DNA of 64,000 nucleotides from Macrostomum lignano (Eukaryota): NCBI GenBank assembly GCA_002269645.1, contig NIVC01003285.1, positions 1 to 64,000 of the forward strand, read 5' to 3'. Shown piece by piece: positions 32,701 to 43,490 of this stretch (position 1 is its first letter; each line of letters starts with the position of its first letter). The notes under the pieces were generated by a model. It saw only the letters and a program-made list of their open reading frames with translations, ran no database searches and was not told where the DNA came from. The position numbers and the translations under genes were made by a program.

Positions 32701-35700
32701 CCAGTTGATTCTCGAACCCAAAGGTATTCCCAAACCGGGGGATTCCCAAACCAGTGATTCCCGAATCCCGAACCCAAGAGGATTCCCAAACCAGGGGATT
32801 CCCAAGCCCAGGGAATTACTAAACCAGGGATTCCCAAACGTGGGAAATCTCAAACCAGGGGATTCCCGAACCCAAAGGGATTCCTAAACCAGAGATTCTC
32901 AAACAACCCAGGGAATTCCCGAACCAAAGTGATTCCCAAACCAGGGGATTCCCAAACCAAGGAACTCTCATACCAGGGGTTTTTCGTGGAAGTAGAATTG
33001 GAAAATCTTGGAAACGATTAGCAAAACAGATTACTGAAACAAAGAGAATCAAAATAGTAAAAACAATATTCTTATGAATACATGATTTCCAATGAACCCG
33101 CATAAGAAAATAGCATTAGAAGCTCACCTGTCCAACCGCTTTGAGGTGATCGCAGTAGCACATGACAGCCCGGGCGGCGCACACCCGGACACTGACTGGC
33201 CGCTGGTCGGACAGCGCGGCGGCTGTAGCGGCCAGCAGGCCGGGCAGGTGCTGCGGCGGGGTGTACAGAGCAAACCGGCCGGCGCACCAGAGCGCCCGGC
33301 CCTGCAGGAACGGATAGTCGGCCTCCTGCAGTGTGGGTATGAGCAGCTGCTCCACGAATGCTGCGGAGTCGAAACCGCCGCCGCCGCTTTTAGTGAGCAG
33401 TTTGCGCGACGCGCCCATCGCTAGCAGCAGCGCCTCGCATCGGCGCCACCAATTGGCGTCGCCAGCGGAGCGCGCTTTGGCAAGATCCTCGCGCAGGCGG
33501 CCGCAGGCGCGGACCAAAGCGACCGACGTTGATTTGGCCAGGTCGGAGCGCAGGCCGTCCAGTAGAGACTGGGCTGAGGCGCGCACCTGTCGTTTTTAAA
33601 TACGACGGATTGCACTGACCTTTACAAATTCATTGATTTTTTCCGTAACTTTTATATGGCCGCTCGTTCATTTTATATATCTGATATTCATCTAACCCGA
33701 ACAACCCTTTGTTAGTTTGATCTCGCCGCCAATCTATTCCTTTTTTATCTTCGCATCTACATTGGTTCTTTGATCTCGCCGACAATCAGGTCCTTATCTA
33801 TCCCAGCATCTACATTGGTTCTTTGATCTCGCCGACAATCGGGTCCTATCTATCCCAGCATCTACATTGGTTCTTTGATCTCGCCGACAATCGGGTCCTT
33901 ATCTATCCCAGCATCTACATTGGTTCTTTGATCTCGCCGACAATCGGGTCCTTATCTATCTCAGCATCTACATTGGTTCTTTGATCTCGCCGCCATCAAT
34001 ATACCGTATTGTTTAAATGATGCCAGAGTAAAATAAGTCAATAACCCATGATTTACCGAATAAGCGGTGCTCTCAATCTCCTCTTCCGCCACAAATTTGT
34101 CCGGATTCTCCTGCCAGTCCAAGGTGTCGCACTGTCTAATCTGCATCAGCAGCACCAGGTAAACCAGCAGGTCGTCCAAGCTAGTCTTGAGATCGGCTCT
34201 GAACTTGGAGGAAGCCAGCATCGCTTCAACAAAATCGAATAGGCCGTAGCAGACTGTCTGGATGCTGAACTCGCCACCTTCGGAGTCGGCCGCCTCATCT
34301 TCGAGCGAGTCCGAGTCAACCGCCTGGCGGAGGTAGGCCTGAGCGCTCTGCACCAGGGTGCGCCAGACAGCCGGCAGTAGATGAGCTTTGTAAGGCGCCA
34401 AGTGGCCGGGGAAATAAGTCACCAGGCTGGTTAGCAGGCCAAGAAGCTCTTTGCGCAGCCGGTGACCGCAGGCTGGCGACTCAAGCTGGCCGACAGCGGA
34501 CGGAATTAGATCTTCCAGGAACGGCTGCACGCACTGGGCAGCCAGTGCTGAATAGGAAAAGGGCATCGTTTCGGCTATTGAGTTCGATTTCTGATTGAGG
34601 CATGCGACTTTATAGGGGTAAAGGTGACCCCTCTTAATTAGGGGGGTCAAAAGGTAACTCTTAATTAGGGGGTCAAAGGCGGCTCTTAACTATCGGGGGA
34701 GGGGGGCAAAGGCGACTTAATGGGGGGGGGGTCCAAAGACAACTCTTAATTAGGGAGGGGGGTCAAAAGGCGACTCTCCATGGAGGGGATTCAACAGGCG
34801 ACTCTCCATGGAGGAGATTCAACAGGCGAGTTCTAGCGTGGGTCAGCGATCAAAGGGCAACTTTTGATGAGGCAAACTTCGAATTTTATCTAGCTACTGT
34901 CTAGGTTTGCTTAAACAAACAAATATAAATTAACCTGGCCGACCGCACTGCCCAATAAAGGCAAGCAGCGTTGCCATGGTGACAGCGGCTCGAGCCCGCA
35001 CTCCGGCGGGAAACTGGTCCGGACTAGCCAGCACGGCCAGCAGGTGAGGCATAATTACAGGGCCAACTGCCCAGCCTGCTGCTCGGACATCTCCCTGACC
35101 AGCTCCTGCAGCACCCGCAGAGCTCCGTGCACGCTGGGGCCCTCACGCCGGCTGAGCAGTTCGATCAATGAGTCGAACAGTCCGGGCCAGTCGTCTGGCC
35201 AGTCGTTCTGAGCTGCTAGAGCCACGGTTAGGGCGGCTGTTGAGCGCAGTCTCGATTCCGGCAGGGCGATGGCGCGCAGAAGCTGGTCGCGAAGAATTTG
35301 TTTGGCGGCAGCTGGCACCGGGGGTGGCGGCTGCTGCTGGGTGGAGTTGGCGACGTCTCCGACCGCGACGCTGGAGTCTGAGTCCGCCTGCATGGTGAAA
35401 AGTTTGACACTGATACAGGATTCAGTGCAGTGTCGCTGTATAAATCCCCTGATAGGTAAGAAGGCGCCCCCTGTCTCCATCTCGTGAATGTTCAGGGAGT
35501 GCCAGCTGCCTTCATATCCTAGCTGCTCAGGGAGTGCACACAGCCTCTACCCTGATGATAGTTCAGAGAGTGCCCGTTGTCTCTATCCATTCTCTAGCTG
35601 TCCAGGGAGTGCCCACTGTCTCTATCCATTCTCTAGCTGTTCAGAGAGTGCCCGCTGTCTCTATCCATTCTCTAGCTGTTTGAGGGAGTGCCCGCTGTCT

Positions 35701-36212
35701 CTATCTATTCTCTAGCTGTTCAGGGAGTGCCCGCTGACGCTGTCTATCCATTCTCTAGCTGCTTGAGGGAGTGCCCGCTGTCTCTATCCATTCTCTAGCT
35801 GTTCAGGGAGTGCCCGCTGTCTCTATCCATTCTCTAGCTGTTCAGGGAGTGCCCGCTGTCTCTATCCATTCTCTAGCTGTTCAGGGAGTGCCCGCTGTCT
35901 CTATCCATTCTCTAGCTGTTTAGGGAGTGCCCGCTGGACAAAGTCAAATAAAGATAAGCTCCAAAAGTAGTTAAGTACTAAAAAAGTGAGCCAAACCTGG
36001 ACTCCGCACCAGCTCTGCGCCACGTACTGCTTGAGCACAACGCAGGCCAGGTGTCGCACCGGTGGCGCCACCTGGTCGCTAAGCAACAAATCAGCCAGAA
36101 CGGGGCCATATTCATCTGACTGGGCAAAGCAGGCTAAGCGAGCCTCCTGTTCACGCGAGCTGCCAGTTGCCAGGTCGGACAGGCAAGCAAAAATCGAGTC
36201 CCGTAGAGCCAT
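29787..36212 (-). CDS. IPO9: Importin-9, 7 exons
   Basis: Exons 36212-35997, 35387-34935, 34547-34057, 33586-33128, 32537-32196, 31637-30909 and 30326-29787. IBN_N (VRHLACVVLKQYV), DWPDDWPGLF, FLQGRALWCAGRF, and C-terminal IPAVVKIYKLLINEL plus an acidic loop. One 1-bp deletion near 35060. Confidence 0.92.
30430..30800. repeat. Pyrimidine-rich ~29-bp repeat, IPO9 intron
   Basis: Recurring GATCCCTACATCTCC. Confidence 0.8.
31680..32180. repeat. 30/36-bp minisatellite (GAAGATGGCGGCGGATCAAA...), IPO9 intron
   Basis: Two interleaved unit types. Confidence 0.92.
33760..33995. repeat. About 53-bp tandem repeat, IPO9 intron
   Basis: About 4 units of ATCCCAGCATCTACATTGGTTCTTTGATCTCGCCG... Confidence 0.88.
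35500..35935. repeat. 39-bp minisatellite, IPO9 intron 1
   Basis: Units of CTCTATCCATTCTCTAGCTGTTCAGGGAGTGCCCGCTGT. Confidence 0.92.
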
Positions 36213-36378
36213 TTTGAGTAGTTCTGCTTTTTAACTGTATGTTAAAACTGTAGATATTTCAGCCAGCTATTGCTGGACAAGACATCTAAGCATGCAATAA
36301 AATCAATGTTTTCATTTTTTATAAAAGAGAAGTGATAGCAGCCACAACATTGAAATCAAAGTTAACTAAGTATTCATA

Positions 36379-36558
36379 CATGTGCAACCCAAACCCGAAG
36401 ATAGAAAAAAAACTAACTAGCTGACGAGGCATTTAGCCTTAATAATAAAGTTATAGTTACTCTTGCCGCTTACCCAAAATTACGTTAATTATGCTTGGGT
36501 TTCTTTTACAGGTAAGTTGCACAGCCAGTGTAAATCAGGGGGGGGGGGGTTGCGCATG
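36379..36558. mobile_element. MITE copy 1 (short TIR CATGYGCAAC, TA flanks)
   Basis: TA|CATGTGCAACC...GGTTGCGCATG|TA. The interior is shared with 37139-37431 (GCTGACGAGGCATTT...GTTATAGTTACTC). Confidence 0.6.
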
Positions 36559-37138
36559 TATGTTTAAGACTACGGTGAGCCTACTGGGATTTTAAACAAA
36601 GCATTTTTGACTATGACCTACAGATGGGTTTACCTGATGTCAATGACCTTGTTTCCCAAGATTTATACTAACAATACTTGTTTTTGCCTTTAAAACTTAT
36701 TCAACTTCTTAGTTAATAAATAGAAAGGCTTTTTCAGATTGTTGTAGGGTTTGTGCTAAAAAATGACAAACAAAAAATCAAAACTAAATAATATAATAAA
36801 ACAATTTGGGATAATAAGCTATAGCACTACTGCAGCTCAGTTTGAAGTTTTTTTATTTGAATCCATGCCAGTGAGCATGAACAATTATGCTATTGTGACA
36901 TAGAAGTGTCTTTGAATTGTCTATGATCCAAAAGGGATATGTATGATAAATGCTAAATAGGAAAGATACAAAGAGCATTATGAGCCAAAAATGGCTAGAT
37001 ATCTAGTTAGACCAACTAGGATAATACTAAAAAACAAAATATTATCACATGATGTAATTCTTTAATTGCATATAAATGCTTATAAACAGGACAACAATGC
37101 TTATAGAGGCTGCTATTTTCAATGGTTGGCAAAGCATA

Positions 37139-37431
37139 CATGCGCAACAGTCGGCCGAGTTGGCCGATCTGGCCGACCGATTTGGCAGCCAACCAAGGAA
37201 GTCGCAAAAATGCCCACCCAAAAAAATACCAAAGTAGTATTACTAAGTAGCTGACGAGGCATTTTGACCTAATAAGACAGTTATAGTTACTCCTGCCGTT
37301 TACCCAAAGTTGCGTTAATTTTGGTTTAGGGGGTTTTTATTATATGTAAGTCGCATTTTTGGCCAAAAATGACATCGCATTTTTGTTAAAACTAAGTTGC
37401 ATGGCCGACCAAATTTTGGAGGTTGCGCATG
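37139..37431. mobile_element. MITE copy 2, same family
   Basis: TA|CATGCGCAAC...GTTGCGCATG|TA with the shared interior. Confidence 0.6.
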
Positions 37432-39649
37432 TATATGGCAAAGTATAACCTAATTGCCAATAAATAATTATATGACTACCTTGTTAGTATAAGTAATATA
37501 ATGTACTAATAAGTATGCAATACCAAGAAAGGCAATGCTACTTAAATGGATATTCCTAGGATTGCAAGACTTTTAGGCATAGGTCAAGGTGTATAGTTTT
37601 CTTTTAAACATAGCCATCTAGAACTTTAGCAGCTTATTAGTGAACAAATCTATATTTTGTACTGCTTGTCTAAATATCTGTCTATCTATTGTTGATTTTT
37701 TGAGAACAGTCTGGCCATTTTTTAATTAGCATTAAATACATTCTACTTTTAGGGAATCATGCATAACTTTTTTGATGAAAAATTTGAATGGGAAGTGGGT
37801 CAAATATTTGAAAAAAGATTTTTATATGCTTTTAATAGATACTCTGTTTTTTAATTTAATTGTTCAGTTTAACCAATTAGGCTTCTCTTTGGCTTTTATA
37901 CAATATTTATTTATATTTATTTATACTAATTATTAGTAGGCCTAAGTTAAATATTTGAAGAAAAAAAGTTTTTAATGCTTGCAATGTTTGAACTTTTAAT
38001 TTGAATGCTTACCATTGGGGGCTTAGTGTCATAGTATGCTTAATATATACTTAGCAACATTGAAAAGTTGCTATCATAGAAGATTCCATCTGTGGTTGCC
38101 CTTTTTAAGAAGGCAGGTAAAGTCTTTCCATCATTGCAAATAACACAATTTGCTATGCCGTGGCAAACTTGAGTTGAGAAATAAAGTGAAGGGGGAAGGT
38201 GCAGTGTGTAAAGGTTTTGTTGGATAGATTAAAGCTTTCTAATCAGTTTTATTGTATCTTTTATTTAAGAATAGTCCAAGAGAAATTGCTTATGACATTG
38301 GTGCATAGGGCCTAGAGTGGCAACTTTTCAATGTTGCTAAGTAGGGGCCTAGGCCCTAGGCCTACTATATATAAAATTTTGAACAATGAAAAAACAATGA
38401 TTTTGGAAGTGGTTCAACTATTCAAAAAAACATTTTTTATGCCTTCAATGTTTGAATTTTGAAGCTTAATGCACTTAATGTGCTAGCTTTCACTATGCTT
38501 ACAGTTTGTCATTGTGCTAAACTATAGGGCTGTACTACTGTACACAGTGTACAGGGGGCTATATATAGTATAGGGGCTTTGGAATATGGGCTATTTGGAA
38601 TTATATATAGGGGCCTATATATAATTCCAAAGTTATAGCATCATTTTGAAAGGTAGCATTATAGCCTAAAGATTTTCTAAATGTTGTGACAGATTATATA
38701 GCCATCAAGTTTTTATTTATAGCTATAGGATAATGGATATTTTAAATCAAATTATAGTCAAATTATATAACTCATAGTTTATAGACTCTACTAATTACAC
38801 TTATGAATTTTAACTTTTAGAATCCTTTAGTTGTTTAAAATAAAAGTAAAGGTCTGACAGGATCCCAATCTCAATCTCAAACTCCATTCATTCATTGGAA
38901 GACGATCAATTTGCAGCAAAGAAGCAACGTGTTTGAAAACGTGCTTTACGACGACGTTTGCATTTCTATATCGTAATATTAACTTTTTGACAGTTTTAGC
39001 TTATTCTCTAGTCTTTGGAGAACGAACGCATAAATATGAATTGGCTGTCAAACCTAACCCTAACCCTTGCTAGTAGTAAAATTTCCGGCACTTGATGGTC
39101 GTGCTGACGCCTGCGTGGCAGCACGACGAAATGCTGCTTCAGAAAAAAATTACAAACACATATATGATTTCAATGTGTGTCTGTATGACCGCTGACGTAT
39201 AAAATGGTCTATATAACCGTTTGTGTATCAATTGAACTACAGCTGGTTGGCTTTATTGCAGCTGAATACATAAATACTGTCCATGGGTACACACATGTGC
39301 ATAAGGTTGTGTCCTTGACACATATTTGTATATGAACTTGTATAGTACATGTATCTCAACGGGCATGTGTACTCATAGTCATGCATGGACAGTGTACGAG
39401 TGTACTTATACATTGAATTTCAACCTGCGCAGCAATGTCGAGTAGCGCGTAAAGGTGCAACACAGAAAGTGCTAGTGGTGTAACAGTTTGCAACCGGCAA
39501 AGCCAAGCAAGATTTTGGCTTTTAGCACGAGTTTAGCTCGTGCTAAAAATCTTCGTCCCGTCGGGGAGGCAAAAAAATTCGAAAGGAATAAATTCTTTTA
39601 ATATAAGGTACATGCAGGGGACTTCGCCACCAGCCACCGAGATAGCGAT

Positions 39650-39950
39650 GTTTGCCTGCAGGACGTTTGCCAGCCGACGTTTGCCAGCCGACGTTTGCCT
39701 GCGGGACGTTTGCCAGCCGACGTTTGCCTGTGGGACGTCATGCCTGCGAGACTTTTGCCAGCCGACGTTTGCCAGCCGACGTTTGCCAGCCGACGTTTGC
39801 CAGCCGACGTTTGCCAGCCGACGTTTGCCTGCGGGACGTTTGCCAGCCGACGTTTTGCCTGTGGGACGTCATGCCTGCGAGACTTTTGCCAGCCGACGTT
39901 TGCCAGCCGACGTTTGCCAGCCGACGTTTGCTAGCCGACGTTTGCCAGCC
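39650..39950. repeat. 14-bp minisatellite (GTTTGCCAGCCGAC)
   Basis: Visible tandem units. Inverted copies of the unit occur at about 40793-40820. Confidence 0.9.
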
Positions 39951-40944
39951 AACATTAAGTCAGTGAGTGGAAATTTTGATACTGAAATATTCGAAATTTT
40001 AGCGGTTTAAAAAAAACCGGTTTTAGTCCAACATTTTGCGGTTATTCGCATGTATAAAAGTTCGAAAACAAAATCTATACAAATTATGCAGTTCATCAAC
40101 TAACATCTAGTCTAACAACAATTTCTTTAAATGTGAAAATATTATAAAGTTTTTACTTCTACGAACAGCTTTGTATTGCTTTCCCCAGTTTGAGATGTTT
40201 GATTTTTGATTTGCGAATGAAGACGCGCAAATTTAAACGGCAATCTCCAGCGAGCCAAGTTTTGAGCAAATAAAAGAACTGCTGAACGATAATTCTGGCT
40301 TATATATTTCCCAGTTCATTGGGAGATCCGAAAGTAAGCGAATTACGAGCCGTAATTCCAATGCAGCTTGTCAAGTGCACGCTGTCATGGCCAAAACTCA
40401 GCAGAGTTAAGCAGAGTTTGGCTTTTGAGTTAAGTATATATATAGGCGAGACTAAGCCATTACCATTATGGATGACTCAGTCTTTTCCCATTTAGCTTGT
40501 AAACACTTAGCTTGTTTGGCCACTGAGATGGAAAGGGCCATTCCATGGCATACATAGACACCAACTGTGACATGGAAACTCCTATTTTGTATTTTTACCT
40601 TCCTATTTAGGCAGAAAAGAGCAATAACTTCAATAAGCCTGAACATTAGTTTTTTAGTAACCTATATATTTAATAGCAGTAGTAGGGAGCGAGCTGGAAT
40701 TAGATTAGTGCTGTGTCCACAGTTTTCAAACGCAAGTACATGTAAGCCTAGAGAGGGCGTACTTCTTTAACCAATTGCCGCCTGCAAATGTCCGGCTGGC
40801 AAACGTCCGGCAGGCAAACTTCGCGGGGGGCATGCCAATGCTTTTTGCCCCCCTTACCCCACCTTATGACCCGTTATGGAAATCAATAATTTTGCTGCAG
40901 GGCGACGAAACATAGCGCCTGCGGCGCCAAAATTAGTGTCTGCG

Positions 40945-41255
40945 GCGCTAAAATGAGTGCCTGCTGCGCTGAAATGAGTGCCTGCTGCGCTAAAATGAGT
41001 GCCTGCTGCGCTGAAATGAGTGCCTGCTGCGCTAAAATGAGTGCCTGCTGCGCTGAAATGAGTGCCTGCTGCGCTAAAATGAGTGCCTGCTGCGCTGAAA
41101 TGAGTGCCTGCTGCGCTGAAATGAGTGCCTGCTGCGCTGAAATGAGTGCCTGCTGCGCTAAAATGAGTGCCTGCTGCGCTAAAATGAGTGCCTGCTGCGC
41201 TAAAATGAGTGCCTGCTGCGCTGAAATGAGTGCCTGCTGCGCTGAAATGAGTGCT
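40945..41255. repeat. 21-bp minisatellite (AAATGAGTGCCTGCTGCGCTG)
   Basis: About 14 units. Confidence 0.95.
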
Positions 41256-42224
41256 GACAACAGCGATTCTGAAAATAATCTACAAATTTTGGAATCTAGG
41301 CATTCATGTATTGATACATGTACATGTACATGTAGAATTCTTTGGCTTTGTCAGCTCCCCCATCCAATGGCGACGCCCCTGACTACATGTATACATTTGA
41401 CCATTATGCATGCATTCGCTATACGTAGAAACAAATCAGTATCAGCCCCGAAAGCAAACGTATATTATAGCATATTACGTTGTCACTGTTATCACCACCC
41501 CTTCAACATGTACTACATCAAAGCCTCCCTTTAACAGTAGAAAGACCACGCTATTTTTCCCCATGGGGAAAGACCACGGGGGTGTATTACAAATACACAC
41601 GACCCATTTCACGATAGCTCGCAAACCGAATTACCGATTTTCACCAAAGTTCACCATATGGATCAAATTTTTCCGCCCTTTCCCACAAACTAACTTTCAA
41701 AGTCATCCGACGTCAGCATCTTCGAGATATTCAACGATTCTTGTCGAAGACACGGGTGGCAAGGACAACCAACACTACACTGTATAAACCTTTATAGTGA
41801 ATCTATATTGGCTCAATAATCTGGGTCAATCTGTCGTATAGGCCTTTGTTCTCAGCATCCCAGGCACCAGGGTCCACTTCATCACCGTCTGGAGCATCGG
41901 CGGCGACCGTCGGGACCTTCAACAAAAGCACCCGATCGGTATCTCAGAGACGGCTGCGTTCCTAAAACTGAAATGGAAGAATCCGCTTCTGTATGCAGCA
42001 TTCAGTCAGTAGACACAATCGGTGAATGAAATGGACGATGGCGACCCTCTAGGCTGACCTGTAGACCTACAGGCGACCTTCGGGACCTTCAACGGAGTGC
42101 CACCGCGCGGCTCTGACGAGCTGGCACCCCAACATTGTGATTTTTCTATCAAGGCACCAAACCAGGCATGTCTGCATATTATACAGTGCTTTTGGACCAT
42201 GTTAAATCGGAGCTGGTGCAACTG

Positions 42225-42397
42225 ACACCTTCAACATCGGCGTCGAGCGAGTCACCAACGCGGCACTCTATCGCCGCGCTGGCCTGCCACGTCCAAGCGA
42301 TCTACTGCGCCGTCGGCGACTCCAGCTCGCAGGCCATCTCATCCGCGCCGAGTCGTACTGCCCACAGCCGGTGCAGGTGCTGCTGTTGTTGTTGTAA
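42225..42397 (+). mobile_element. Short non-LTR retrotransposon fragment (RT C-terminus)
   Basis: ERVTNAALYRRAGLPRPSDLLRRRRLQLAGHLIRAESY, ending in (TTG)n. Confidence 0.7.
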
Positions 42398-43490
42398 ATC
42401 GGAGAGTTACAGATTTAATTGGCGACCGAAAAATATAAAATATTTAAATTGTCAAAAATGATATTACAGCATGTCAAAAATGATATTACAGCATGTCAAA
42501 AATGATATTACAGCATGTCTAAAATGATATTACAGCAAATTCAGAGCAGAAGGACCTGAACACCGACATAGGAACAAAAGTGGAGTCAATTGTCACTATT
42601 TACTTTGGTGCACAATGTGCGCAGTAATGGCGACTCACTGTCTCTTCCATCGCAGTGTGTCTTCGGCAAGTTCCTTCGTCACACACGCAACGCTTCCTTG
42701 TTGTTGCACTCAAGGCACGCTTCTCGTCCTTTGACTTTTGTCTCGCGCATGTTGCACAGCGCTTTCTGCCACCAACTGACACCACAGCCGCCGCTTCGCG
42801 TGCCTGTTCCTTCATTTGCTCGTCGTTGATTTGACAACCTGCGAGCTGGAACATCAGCCGGTGATGATTGGACAGATTCTGAAGAAGAGCGGCCGATTGC
42901 TAGCGCTCCTCGATCAGAGGTTGGAGAAGTTGCGCAGCTGCCTTGCGCTGGAACTCGTTGCGATAGTTCGGCAAGGCGCAAAGTCTCCAGGTAGCGGCGG
43001 CATTCACAGCTGCTATGTTGAGTATGCCGCCGGAGAAAATTGCCTTCTCGCATGAGTCGGACTTTCGCTTGCAGTCGGATGTGCGGAACATCCTGTTGCA
43101 GGTGTCCGTGCCACTCTAGGTAGAATTGTAGTACGTGCCTATTGCTACAGGCTTGCCATTGGGAAGCAATTGTCTGTCGTGATGCATAGTGAACAGCAAC
43201 ATCCCGTTTCGGCCCGCCTTGGGGCAGTAGTACACACACGTGAGCTCCTCAGAAAACCGGAATTCGCTCGTGTGTGGAGCCACGTTTTGAGTTGAATTCT
43301 TGAGATCGGCTAGCAGGCCACCACGACTGCGCATCACTGTTCCAAGAAACGTGAATCCCATTTCCTGTACCAGTGTCATCTGAATGGATCAGCCAAGCGG
43401 CAAACAACTTGCTCACCACTCCACACCTCTGAGCCCTTGGCCAACCGAGCATCGGATTCCTGTGATGCAAAAGTAATGGACAGCAGTGTT

